From NCBI GenBank assembly GCA_965235115.1, contig OZ249436.1, positions 43,588,001 to 43,652,000 on the forward strand: a stretch of DNA of 64,000 nucleotides, read 5' to 3'. Under the pieces are notes generated by a model, which had not been told where the DNA came from, did no database searches, and saw nothing but the letters and a program-made list of their open reading frames with translations. This DNA comes from Laetmonice hystrix (taxonomy: Eukaryota). This document shows, one piece after another, positions 11,516 through 23,659 of the stretch; position 1 is the stretch's first letter, and each line of letters begins with the position of its first letter. The position numbers and the translations under genes were made by a program.

Positions 11516-13394
11516 CACAAAACCGCAAACATCAACGTTGGAGCAGCTGGCTGTAAAGGAGCAATCCGCTCCTAGTGAAGCTGAAACTACTACTACTACT
11601 ACTACTACTATAGCCTATTTCTTTGTCAAGACATAAACTTCCCCACTAACCGGAACAGTCCTCTGGATCTCTGAGGAGTACCCGGATCGTCGATTGCCAC
11701 CAGGCCCACTTGATCGATCGCTAAACCGTACGTGTACCACCATGTAGCCTGCCATTTTTCTAGTTGTTGTGCATGGTGTGTTATGAGCGAGATCCCTCAC
11801 TTAGCATAAATAATGTAGGCCTATGCCTATAACATTAAAACGCAGAAGTAGTTTTCTCGACCATCCTGGATTATTCCGGAAACCTCTGAAATTTTAGGTC
11901 ACCTTTTCAAGTGGTCCAGAAAAAAAAACCAGGGAAGTTCAGTTGGAACCTCCGGAATTCCAGAAATTACATCAGGGATTTCAGTATTTTTCATCCTCAA
12001 ATTTAGACTTGTCATGCGTTCTTTCTGTATCTTAATTATTTATTTGATTAAAAGGTCCGGGGGGGGGGGGTGCACCACTCCCCCTGATCCGCCACGGCTG
12101 CAGATCTACGTGTGATATTATTTAACTTTTAAGAAGAATGCTGCCATTAGTTAGGCCCACCTAATTTTGTGTCAATTTCCTTGCGACAATTTTGGACAAA
12201 GGTGATATTTACACCAAATTTAATTAGGCTAATGTGGCTTTTATATGTGACGTTTTGGCAAATAATCGGGCGGTTGGTCTTATTTGAGCGAGATATAATT
12301 TTTCACAGCCCCTCTAAAAGAATTGTCAAAAACAGGGTCCGATCCATAGCCATAGGCCTACTGATCGAGTTGAGCCGAGCTGAGCCAGCTGATCCTTGCC
12401 ATCCACCCACACACCTATGCCCCCCCCCCCCCCTCCCAAGAAAAAGGCAGCCTATCGTAGGCTATGGTCATGCTCAGCAACATTGAAGGTCTCGATTACC
12501 TGAACGATACAAACCCTACAAACTAGATCTATGTGATAGAGGGATAGCATTTAAACAAGACTCTTGAAGAGCAGCGGGTTCGAGATTCTGAAAATGTGGA
12601 TGGCATGCATGCATGGTGACCCAGCCACCCTGATTCAATGCTCCGATTCCATATACTACTTCCTGCTATAGGCCGACTGAATGCCCCATGATAGCAGGCC
12701 TAGGGGCCTATACCACAGCTAAAATGCAGTTGAGGAATAGCCTATAGGCCTAGGCCCATACCTTAGGCCTACGTTTAGGCATTAGACTCTAGGCCTATAG
12801 CCTAGTCTAAACACGGTGATGTAGGCTATATAGGCTAATGCTTCGTTCACACTGGCGGCGCGGTGCGATGCGACCATTCTTGCAAATTTCTCGAAATAGG
12901 CCTAGGCCTACTTAGGCCCTAGGGCCTATATATTTTATATTAATGACCCATCACTAAATTGCCACCCTATACACAAATAAGCCTACTTTGAAACATCTTG
13001 GTAGGCCTAGAAGTCTACATTCAAGCCAGTATAGATCTAGATCGAGGATCCGGCGGGGAGGGGTCCTCAATTTTCCGTTTTTCCATAGTCTAGAGCTTCC
13101 TGAATTAACTCTACCTCCCCCCCCCCCTTTTCAAATTCCTGGATCCGGCCCTGCAAGCAGGTTGGCAAATTTTATGTGCATAATGAGATGGTTCACAGTT
13201 TTGCTGTAGGCCCAGGCTATAGGGTTCTGTAGGCACGTGTTCATTGTTCCATCATGGTTGGCCAGAGCTTCCCGCCAGAGCTACTTGTTGGTTGCGCCAT
13301 CTACTGGAGGCGGGCTGAACTAGGACTGTTTGGGCGCTGGTTTGTTAGGCAAGAAAATGGGCCAATCAGCGCTCAGCTGCCATTCACTGCAGGC

Positions 13395-13826
13395 ATGGCT
13401 GGACTTCAGGAAGTAAAACAGAAAATGGCCGGCAGGTTTTCGTTAAAACATTTTATATTGGGCAAGAAAACCCAGCCGCCACAACCCCCTAAACCAGATT
13501 ACACAGCTACCACAGAATCATCACTAGCTAAAAGTCCAACGGGCGATCGACCGTCGACGAGCGTGGTGCCAGTGCCGGGGCACTCATCAGCCGAGCTCGA
13601 GGTTCCACAGCCTGGCTCCCCTCACCGTACGGGTGCACCGACAACAGAGAAAGGTGGCTTCGGGGGCGCCCGACCAAAGGACTCTGGAGGGGGAGTTAGT
13701 CCCAAAAGTTCTGCTGCTGCGAGGGGGTCAGTGGTTGGTTTGTCGGACGAAACTGAGACGTCGGGAGGAGACTCGAAGGAGGGCGGTGAGGGAGCGACGG
13801 CAGCACAGAGTGGGGGAGTGAATCCG
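13395..13826 (+). CDS. SHB: SHB-family exon 1
   Basis: PPQPPKPDY motif; donor CCG|GTAAGT. Confidence 0.82.
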
Positions 13827-16800
13827 GTAAGTAAATGTCAACAGAGAGCTGTCAACGTCAGTCAACGACTCAGTCAGTCAGTGTCAGCGACCACAGTCAC
13901 AGTACGGTACTGGCATTGTGGATGGTAGGTGACCTGAGCCAGGCACAGGCCGAGTGTGGGAGGTTACCTGAGGCTGAGGCTTGGTGTGGGCTGTCACTGT
14001 CAGTGTGGGAGGTTACCTGAGGCTGAGGGTTGGTGTGGGCTGTCAGTGTCAGTGTGGGAGGTTACCTGAGGCTGAGGGTTGGTGTGAGCTGTCACTGTCA
14101 GTGTGGGAGGTTACATGAGGCTGAGGGTTGGTGTGGGCTGTCAGTGTCAGTGTGGGAGGTTACCTGAGGCTGAGGGTTGGTGGAGGCTGTCAGTGTCAGT
14201 GTGGGAGGTTACCTGAGGCTGAGGCTTGGTGTGAGCTGTGAGTGTGGGAGGTTACCCGAGGCTGAGGGTTGGTGTGGGCTGTCAGTGTCAGTGTGGGAGG
14301 TTACCTGAGGCTGAGGCTTGGTGTGAGCTGTCAGTGTGGGAGGTTACCTGAGGCTGAGGGTTGGTGTGAGCTGTCAGTGTGGGAGGTTACCTGAGGCTGA
14401 GGGTTGGTGTGGGCTCTCAGTGTCAGTGGTTACCTGGCTGAGGCAGAGAGTTGGTGTGGGCTGTCAGTGTCAGTGTGGGAGGTTACCTGAGGCTGAGGGT
14501 TGGTGTGAGCTGTCAGTGTCAGTGTGAGAGGTTACCTGAGGCTGAGGCTTGGTGTGAGCTGTCAGTGTCAGTGTGGGAGGTTACCTGAGGCTGAGGGTTG
14601 GTGTGAGCTGTCAGTGTGGGAGGTTACCTGAGGCTGAGGGTTGGTGTGGGCTGTCAGTGTCAGTGGTTACCTGGCTGAGGCTGAGAGTTGGTGTGGGCTG
14701 TCAGTGTCAGTGTGGGAGGTTACCTGAGGCTGAGGGTTGGTGTGGGCTGTCAGTGTCAGTGTGGGAGGTTACCTGAGGCTGAGGGTTGGTGTGGGCTGTC
14801 ACTGTCAGTGTGGGAGGTTACCTGAGGCTGAGGGTTGGTGTGGGCTGTCAGTGTCAGTGTGGGGGGTTACCTAAGCCAAGGCTGAGGGTTGGTGTGGGCT
14901 TTCAGTGTGGGAGGTTACCTGAGGCTGAGGGTTGGTGTGGGCTGTCACTGTCAGTGTGGGGGGTTACCTAAGGCTGAGGGTTGGTGTGGGCTGTCAGTGT
15001 CAGTGTGGGAGGTTACCTGAGGCTGAGGGTTGGTGTGAGCTGTCAGTGTCAGTGTGGGAGGTTACCTGAGGCTGAGGGTTGGTGTGGGCTGTCAGTGTCA
15101 GTGTGGGAGGTTACCTGAGGCTGAGGGTTGGTGTGGGCTGTCAGTGTCAGTGTGGGAGGTTACCTGAGGCTGAGGGTTGGTGTGGGCTGTCACTGTCAGT
15201 GTGGGAGGTTACCTGAGGCTGAGGGTTGGTGTGGGCTGTCAGTGTCAGTGTGGGGGGTTACCTAAGCCAAGGCTGAGGGTTGGTGTGGGCTTTCAGTGTG
15301 GGAGGTTACCTGAGGCTGAGGGTTGGTGTGGGCTGTCACTGTCAGTGTGGGGGGTTACCTAAGGCTGAGGGTTGGTGTGGGCTGTCAGTGTCAGTGTGGG
15401 AGGTTACCTGAGGCTGAGGGTTGCTGTGGGCTGTCAGTGTCAGTGTGGGAGGCCACCTGAGGCTGAGGGTTGGTGTGGGCTGTCAGTGTCAGTGTGGGAG
15501 GCCACCTGAGGCTGAGGGTCAGTGTCAGTGTGGGAGGTTACCTGAGGCTGAGGCTTGGTGTGGGCTGTCAGTGTCAGTGTGGGAGGTTACCTGAGGCTGA
15601 GGGTTGGTGTGGGCTGTCAGTGTCAGTGTGAGAGGTTACCTGAGGCTGAGGGTTGGTGTGGGCTGTCAGTGTCAGTGTGGGAGGTTACCTGAGGCTGAGG
15701 GTTGGTGTGGGCTGTCAGTGTCAGTGTGGGAGGTTACCTGAGGCTGAGGGTTGGTGTGGGCCTGGCTGTCAGTGTCAGTGTGGGGGGTTACCTGAGGCTG
15801 AGGGTTGGTGTGGGCTGTCACTGTCAGTGTGGGGGGTTACCTAAGCCAAGGCTGAGGGTTGGTGTGGGCTGTCAGTGTGGGAGGTTACCTGAGGCTGAGG
15901 GTTGGTGTGGGCTGTCAGTGTCAGTGTGGGAGGTTACCTGAGGCTGAGGGTTGGTGTGGGCTGTCAGTGTCAGTGTGGGAGGTTACCTGAGGCTGAGGGT
16001 TGGTGTGAGCTGTCACTGTCAGTGTGGGAGGTTACCTGAGGCTGAAGGTTGGTGTGGGCTGTCAGGGTCAGTGTGGGAGGTTACCTGAGGCTGAGGGTTG
16101 GTGTGGGCTGTCAGTGTCAGTGTGGGAGGTTACCTGAGGCTGACGGTTGGTGTGAGCTGTCAGTGTCAGTGTGGGAGGTTACCTGAGGCTGACGGTTGGT
16201 GTGGGCTGGCACTGTCAGTGTGGGAGGTTACCTGAGGCTGAGGGTTGGTGTGAGCTGTCACTGTCAGTGTGGGAGGTTACCTGAGGCTGAGGGTTGGTGT
16301 GGGCTGTCACTGTCAGTGTGGGAGGTTACCTGAGGCTGAGGGTTGGTGTGGGCTGTCAGGGTCAGTGTGGGAGGTTACCTGAGGCTGAAGGTTGGTGTGG
16401 GCTGTCAGGGTCAGTGTGGGAGGTTACCTGAGGCTGAGGGTTGGTGTGAGCTGTCAGTGTCAGTGTGGGAGGTTACCTGAGGCTGAGGGTTGGTGTGAGC
16501 TGTCACTGTCAGTGTGGGAGGTTACCTGAGGCTGAAGGTTGGTGTGGGCTGTCAGGGTCAGTGTGGGAGGTTACCTGAGGCTGAGGGTTGGTGTGGGCTG
16601 TCAGTGTCAGTGTGGGAGGTTACCTGAGGCTGACGGTTGGTGTGAGCTGTCAGTGTCAGTGTGGGAGGTTACCTGAGGCTGACGGTTGGTGTGGGCTGGC
16701 ACTGTCAGTGTGGGAGGTTACCTGAGGCTGAGGGTTGGTGTGAGCTGTCAGTGTCGATGTGAGAGCTGTCAATGTATTGTACTTTGTTGTCCTCTGGCTG

Positions 16801-19800
16801 ACTGCCTGAGACTGACAGTCAGTGTGAGGTCAGCGAGTCAGGGAGTAAAATCGTAAGCGATGCGAGTCCTCGAGAGCTGCATGCACTCGCCTTGTGTGCT
16901 CACAATGAGGGACTTCACACTCCTTGAGACGCATGCGCAACGGCGCATTTCCAGTCATATCCGCGTGGCGGCAGCACTGTCGCCCGGTCCTCTTGGCTAC
17001 ACATTAGTATGACGTTAGATAGGACGACGAAATACTAATCTGTGGCACGATGTGTTTAGACTATTTGTTATGAAAAATAATAACTTGATAGGCTTCAGCA
17101 TGTTGCAGAACTCCTAAACGTACCATAATATTTCATAGCAAATAGCACTAGGGCACCCAGCGATAGATTAGCATTTCGTCGACCTATCTAACGTCATAAT
17201 AATGTGGGCCCAAGGGGACCGGGTTGACAGTGCTGCCGCCACGCGGAAAAGACGGTAACAAAGTCCCTCATTAATGACAAACTTGTGATCAGGGCTTTGT
17301 TTCAGAAAGGTTAGCATGATCTTAACTTAAGCTCTGCTTAGCCTTTTAGGACCCCTGATTGGCTGGTTGAAGCTGAGCAGCAGAGGTCCAGCCAATAAGG
17401 GGTCCTAAAAGGCTAAGCAGAGCTTAAGTTAAGATCATGCTAACCTTTCTGAAACCGGGCCCAGGAACTCGCAGGTGATTGCGACGTGTGAGAGAACATT
17501 CAAGGTGCTTGCAAAACCCTGCAAGTCACCGATGTGGAGTTGCTAGAGAGTTCTTGAAAGTCCTTGACCTTTCAATCTTGAATCTCTGAACTCATCCATG
17601 GATAATGGCTGCTGGGATGGCTGGGCTGTCGGTGTGATATGTCTGGGCTGTCGGTGTGATATGTCTGGGCTGTCGGTGTGATATAGCTGGGCTGTCAGTG
17701 TACTATGGCTGGGCTGTGGGTGGGATATGGCTGGGCTGTCAGTGTGATATGGCTGGGCCGTCGGTGTGATATGTCTGGGCTGTCAGTGTGATATGTCTGG
17801 GCTGTCAGTGTACTATGGCTGGGCTGTCGGTGTGATATGTCTGGGCCGTCGGTGTGATATGGCTGAACTGTCAGTGTGATATGGCTGGGTTGTCGTGTCA
17901 TATTGCTGGGCTGTCGGTGTGATATGGCTGGGCTGTCAGTGTGATATGTCTGGGCTGTCGGTGTGATATGGCTGGGCTGTCGGTGTGATATGGCTGGGCT
18001 GTCGGTGTGATATGGCTGGGCTGTCAGTGTGATATGTCTGGGCTGTCGGTGTGATATGGCTGGGCTGTCGGTGTGATATGTCTGGGCTGTCGGTGTGATA
18101 TGTCTGGGCTGTCGGTGTGATATGGCTGGGCTGTCGGTGTCAGCCGGACTGGCATACAGCAGTTCCTCTAACAGTATCTTTTCAAATTTTGAATTTGTTA
18201 TTTCATGAAACATCTGAGAAATTATATGAACACCAAACTCCAACCATAAAGCAGAAGGTTTGTCCATATGATTTACTAAATTTCAATATCAGGACATTAT
18301 TGAACCACTGACCCAGAGCAGCTGACCTTTCTTGGATAGTTTTGGCCATGTTTGAGAGGGGGAATGGAAAACTGTGGGGTTGATGAGGTTGTGCTTGCGC
18401 AGTGTTGTTATGAAGTCAGTAAAGGTTTATTTCTGTAGGACTTTCTGTAAATATCTTCCCCGGAGACCCAGGCTGTCGGAACACTGCATCATGGCAGCAA
18501 AATTATCTTTAGCTCTGAACTCTGAGGAAAGCTATGGTCAGGAAATAAAAAGTCTTGCCTGTGTTAATCAGAATATGAAAAGTGCCTGGGAACTACAAAT
18601 ACAACCAATATATATATTTGTAGCTCATGGATGTGATTTGTCTGCTGATTGGCAGATTTAAACCATTTCTGTCAAATTCTGTGGCCTATATCAGTATATA
18701 TGGACTTAGGTGTGGTTTGCCTTGTTTCATTTGTCATTTATCACATCCAGAGAGCCATGTAAAGTATACATTACAGCCCACGCCTTTTTTGTTACGGTAA
18801 AATCAGGGGCGATTAAGTACTTGAGAATTAATATTGACCATTACCGGTAATGGATCTGTAATATTTTATAATAATCAATTATTTCTTTATTTTTACTGCA
18901 GTACTTACTGTCTGACTACCTAGCATGGAATAGCAGGATTACTATAATGAGCTGATTGGTAAAACTATCATGAGATTCCTGAAAGTGCCACTTTAAGTTA
19001 ATTATGAGATTTTTAATAAATGTTATACAACATTGCTGAGCTCGAGATGGCATTATGTAGGGAGAAAATGGGACTGGAGTGGGGGGTAGGGTGGGGGGGG
19101 GGGGTAGAGCAATGGTATTATGGATACAGGAGGCAGAGAGATGGGGGAGTCACGTTATCAGTGGTGACCACTTGAGTTTACCAAGTACACTGGGGGTAGA
19201 GATAACATCCCTGCGCCCTTGTCAAGCAAGGGGCGCACACAGATAGAGGTCGCTGGTGGCAGAGATGGAGGTCACATACACAACTAGTGCAAGCTCCTGC
19301 AAACTTGCTCTATAATGTCTGGCTTAGGCCATGTCAAGAACAAAATTTTTAATAGTGGTTAATGTATGTTTCATCCCAACGTTTTGATGGAAGGGTAGGA
19401 TTAAAAAAGAAATATTTTAAGTGTGATCTCAAGTTGTTGGTAAATGTTACAGATTATTTTTTTCTTAAAAGGTCGTTGATTTATTCACTTTAAAAATGAA
19501 ACCCAAGAACTGAAGAAGTAAATTCACATGTGTACCGACTTAAATAAATGTGAAAGGTTAGATTAGATTTCAATTCAGCCAGTGAGTTTGTCTTGTGTTA
19601 TATTTATAATACAGTTGTTGTACCATTTCCAAAGATCTATGTAACTAGAGAGCCAGTTGATATATTTTTAGTTGATTTTTTGCAGCCACGCCTATTAGAT
19701 GAGTACAGTGACCCGATAGACCTGAAACGTCAGATTCAGGATGAAAACGAGCAGATGCTTGGGTTACACCACGAGACTGCCCAGGGGGAGGATGATTATT

Positions 19801-22800
19801 CTGTGCCGTACGAAGTCAAGAAACTTTTCAAAGGTATAGAATCCCTTCAGCAGTCACTTAAACCATCATCCAAATCTGGGTGCCAAAAAGGAGATAAATT
19901 TCTTGATTTCTGCTAGCCCAGATATTCCCCCAAGCCTCTGGACCAGTGTCTGAAGTATTTAGGAGTTTAAGAGTCCTTCTAACGTAGTTCCACAGACCAC
20001 AATTTGATCTTATGATATATTCTAGGTGAAGGAAAACAAATCAAACTTTCCTCAGAGAAATGTTTGGTTGGTGAGTAATTTTGATTTAAATACTGCTTTA
20101 TTGCTACTTCACATAATTTGCTAAACCGATCAGCACATGTTTTGTCCAGACAAATCATTTTCTGACAACAAATTTTATTTTGTCTTCACGTTTTGTTCAT
20201 TTCCTAATGTTTTCTTTTCTTCCTTCCCGCCGTGTGTAGAGAGGCAGCAGCGAGGGGCTGAAGGTGGATTTGATTCCGACAGTCCGAGTAGAATACGTAC
20301 CAAAGGTCCCCGGCTCTATGATGATCCCTATGAAGAACCCGTGCCAAACGCATTGCCACCTCGAAGTTATCCACCTCCTGAGGCGACAGACATGCGGCCA
20401 AAAGAGGATTACGACGAGCCGTGGGAATGGGCCGCAAAGGAGAGTCACATGTTGCAGTCACAACTCTGTGTCAGCCATAATGTTATCCCACCTCACTTCA
20501 TGTCTGCTCCAACCACAATTCAGGTCACACCTCAGTTAAAACGGACAGCACCGGGCCCTGCAGGGGGCGCTAAAGATGGCGATGATAATGGGTCAGGGTC
20601 AGGGTCAGGGGCGTTGGGGTCACCAGTTGATGGTCAGGGGTCTTTGTCAGAGTTACGGGGCCTGGAGGGGGCAGCAGGGGCTGGGGAGACCCCAATGGAG
20701 GCAGAGGGAGAGGCGGAGGGGGAAGGTGACATGGATGAGGATACATATGAAGCAACCAGCAGCTACATGGGGGTAACACGGACTAAAGGCGTGAGTGAGC
20801 CTGATAGTGATGACGAAGGCTACACGCCACTTCAATCCGAGTTTGGTCCTAGTGGTCCCAAACCACCCAATGGAGGCACAGGCAGTGGTTCTGGCACTGC
20901 GGAAAAGGGGGACAGTCAACGTGTTGGCAACTACGAGGAACCTTGGGACTTGACATCCAAACAGAAGGAGCTCGAGGACAAGATGCAAGCTGCCAGTGAC
21001 CGGGCTTCCAGGGAGAAGGCCAAGCCGAGCGGGCCTCCTCCACACGAGTCAGACACTCGGTCTCAGGAGGGCTACGAAAAGCCATGGGACTGGAAGCCAC
21101 ATCAAAAAGATGACCGTCCCCAGGAGGGATACGAGAAGCCCTGGGACTGGAAGCCACACCAGAAGGACGATCGACCCCCAGAGGAGTACGAGGAACCATG
21201 GGACCAAAAGGCCACAGACCTGTTGGGTCGCAGTGGTAGTGGGTCACCATCCAGTCTGTCCTCGCCAACTACCACCACCGCTGCTACCACAGATACCACC
21301 ACAACTACTACTACTACCACCACCACCACCACCACCACCTCGCCTGCTGCAGTCATCAAGGACAACAAAGAGGATGATACAAGACCTCCCGGAGAATATG
21401 ACGAACCCTGGGACAGTAGGAAAAAGACACCGGTATCTCGCACTGGTATGTAAAAATATCCCTGGTATGTTCTGAAGTATACTGTGTGCCGGCCTCTGTC
21501 TGTCTACTGTACTTAATCTTACAGCTCTCATCCCTTAGCCAGTAAGGCCTCTCCCCACTTACTGGATACTGTATAATGGGAACACTGCTGTTACTCGAAA
21601 GAAGGGAATTTATTATCGCTGAAAGGCTTTTTAAAGGAAGTGTGCTTACATCTTATTCAGGCATGATATCGTTCCAATTTTCCTCAGAATTCCAGTTTTT
21701 TAAATCCAAATTTACATAACGAGATCGATGCAAAGCCGTTGAGATCTCAAATGCATTACGGGGGGAGGTTCAAACCTGGACTTGCCGGCACACTGGAAGC
21801 AGCAAATTTTGCCTTATCCTGGAAGAGAAATATAATAGAAAGTGTATTTTGTGAAAAAGCCCTGGTACCTGACTTCATTTTCTCAGCAGACAGAGGCTTG
21901 CCCCTCGGCAGAAGGGGCTCTCACCATCCTCCATGTCCCCGGGAATGTTCAGATTTTCAGAACAGTAGATAACAACTGAGATCCAGCCAGTTTGCATTGG
22001 ATATTTTAAACCACTTGAATCATGCAGTCTAGGTCTGTCTCACTCACCTTGATCTCACAATCCTGTAATGTCATCTTTCAGGGAGCTCCTCTGAGAGTAG
22101 TCCAAAGCCGAGCCAAGCCGTTCTCAGTTCACAGAATCAGTCACCTGTGAAAAGGCACAAGTTAAACCTGGATCTAGGGCCACTGTTGAATGTACTCGGA
22201 GAGCGGGTGGATCCCAAGCTACCGCTAGAGCAACAAGGGTAAGATTCTTTGCTATTTAAAGGTTGGGTTACATTCAGATATTTAAAGGTTGGGTTACATT
22301 CAGATATTTAAAGGTTGGGTTACATTCAGATATTTAAAGGTTGGGTTACATTCAGATATTTAAAGGTTGGGTTACATTCAGATATTTAAAGGTTGGGTTA
22401 CATTCAGATATTTAAAGGTTGGGTTACATTCAGATATTTAAAGGTTGGGTTACATTCAGATATTTAAAGGTTGGGTTACATTCAGATATTTAAAGGTTGT
22501 GTTACATTCAGATATTTAAAGGTTGGGTTACATTCAGATATTTAAAGGTTGTGTGACATCCAGATATTTAAAGGTTAGGTTACATTCAGATATTTAAAGG
22601 TTGTGTTACATCCGGATATTTAAAGGTTAGGTTACATTCAGATATTTAAAGGTTGTGTTACATCCAGATATTTAAAGGTTGGGTTACATTCAGATATTTA
22701 AAGGTTGGGTTACATTCAGATATTTAAAGGTTGTGTGACATCCAGATATTTAAAGGTTGTGTTACATCCAGATATTTAAAGGTTGTGTGACATCCAGATA

Positions 22801-23659
22801 TTTAAAGGTTAGGTTACATCCAGATATTTAAAGGTTGTGTGACATCCATATATTTAAAGGTTAGGTTACATCCGGATATTTAAAGGTTGTGTTATGTCAG
22901 TAAAATGTTAAGGTGGGCAAACTTTTTTTTACCAGGTGGTACCATGGTTCCATCAGTCGGGTGGATGCGGAAAACCTACTGCGGGTACACAAGGAGGGCA
23001 GTTACTTGGTCCGTATGAGTGAAAGCAACAAGATGGACTTTTCACTGTCTCTCAAGTAAGTGCATATGGTTTCAGTAGAAATCTCATTTGAATAATGTAT
23101 TTTGCATTACTCTCAAAATAGTTCAGAATGGCAGATTAGACAGGAAAATGTAAGCCCCCTCCAATTTTATGTTAACATATTTTTAGTGCCTAATATGATT
23201 TGTAGGCACAGGTGTTTTTGCTATGAGAGTATGTTAGTCAAGTAGACAGGGATAGAGAAGGAGATTGGCCGACAGATAAATAGAAATAGAAAATAGAAAT
23301 GTACTGAACCTGTAAAGTTATGAGAAAGATTAGCTGAATGCCAGTCGTTATGATGCTTGCGATAATTGCTCATTCGGTAGAGCAAATCTTGGCAGGTAAA
23401 TGTAATCGCCATTAACACAATTGGAGGTTTGCTGGTATATTTAGTGTTTGTGATGAGTTTATTTTCTAATTGTAGGAGTACCCGAGGCTTCATGCACATG
23501 AAGATTGTCAACCGGGACAAGAGATTTATTCTCGGCCAATTCTCACAACCCTTCGACACAATTCCTCAGATGATTCATCACTATTCCATTTCTAAACTGC
23601 CAATTAAAGGTGCAGAGCATATGTCATTGCTTCACCCAATCATGAATGAGCTGTTATGA
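13395..23659 (+). CDS. SHB: SH2 domain-containing adaptor protein, SHB/SHD/SHE/SHF family, ~748 aa; join(13395..13826,19686..19833,20240..21445,22082..22238,22936..23055,23476..23659)
   Basis: N-terminal PPQPPKPDY, YSDP/YSVP, many YxxPW motifs, C-terminal SH2 GERVDPKLPLEQQGWYHGSISRVDAENLL..YLVRMSE..GFMHMKI..LPIKGAEHMSLLHP. All introns GT-AG with matching phases (0,1,1,2,2); total 2247 nt. The symbol denotes the family (likely pro-orthologue). Start could be the ATG at 13425. Confidence 0.9.
13953..16756. repeat. 49-bp G-rich minisatellite (~2.8 kb) in SHB intron 1
   Basis: Unit GTGGGAGGTTACCTGAGGCTGAGGGTTGGTGTGGGCTGTCAGTGTCAGT with 43/55-bp variants. Confidence 0.95.
16903..17273. mobile_element. 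Hairpin MITE (CAATG termini, possibly P-element related)
   Basis: TIR (C/T)AATGAGGGACTT; ~80-bp internal inverted repeat (16960-17042 vs 17165-17247); diverged relative at 35946-36303; no TSD seen. Confidence 0.6.
17293..17461. mobile_element. Foldback Harbinger-like MITE
   Basis: Almost entirely palindromic; CAG direct repeats at 17290-17292 and 17462-17464. Confidence 0.8.
17619..18140. repeat. 22-bp minisatellite (GGCTGGGCTGTCGGTGTGATAT)
   Basis: Tandem repeat, ~23 copies. Confidence 0.95.
19686..19833 (+). CDS. SHB: SHB-family exon 2
   Basis: Acceptor TTTTGCAG|, donor AAG|GTAT; encodes DEYSDP and DDYSVPYE. Confidence 0.85.
20240..21445 (+). CDS. SHB: SHB-family exon 3 (YxxPW repeats, poly-Thr)
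   Basis: Within the 438-aa ORF; acceptor GTGTAG|, donor CTG|GTATGT. Confidence 0.88.
22082..22238 (+). CDS. SHB: SHB-family exon 4
   Basis: Acceptor CTTTCAG|; encodes GERVDPKLPLEQQ; donor GG|GTAAGA. Confidence 0.9.
22252..22893. repeat. 26-bp minisatellite (ATATTTAAAGGTTGGGTTACATTCAG) filling SHB intron 4
   Basis: Tandem repeat, ~24 copies. Confidence 0.95.
22936..23055 (+). CDS. SHB: SHB-family exon 5 (SH2 N-half)
   Basis: WYHGSISRVDAENLLRVHKEGSYLVRMSESNKMDFSLSL; ACCAG| and |GTAAGT. Confidence 0.93.
23476..23659 (+). CDS. SHB: SHB-family exon 6 (SH2 C-half, stop)
   Basis: STRGFMHMKI..LPIKGAEHMSLLHPIMNELL*; acceptor TTGTAG|. Confidence 0.93.

Larger units (their letters stand above)
5936..11611 (+). 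mobile_element. CR1-clade non-LTR retrotransposon (LINE), near full length; 5' end approximate
   Basis: ORF1 with PHD finger, overlapping ORF2 with APE and RT, short 3' UTR ending in a (TAC)n tail at 11587-11611. Confidence 0.92.

Noticed and set aside
5769..11618. TATAGCCTAT as a LINE target-site duplication (5769-5778, 11609-11618)
   Set aside because: TAGCCTA/TAGGCCTA-like words are very common in these flanks, so a chance match is likely; the LINE 5' end remains approximate.
14336..18267. Cys/Gly-rich and His/Thr-rich repetitive ORFs (also 40596-41325 and 62615-63309)
   Set aside because: These are translations of minisatellites with no splice or start support.
21887..21972. Alternative terminal exon of the SHB-like gene lacking the SH2 domain
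   Set aside because: An acceptor-like TTTTCTCAG and a compatible phase exist, but there is no homology or other support.
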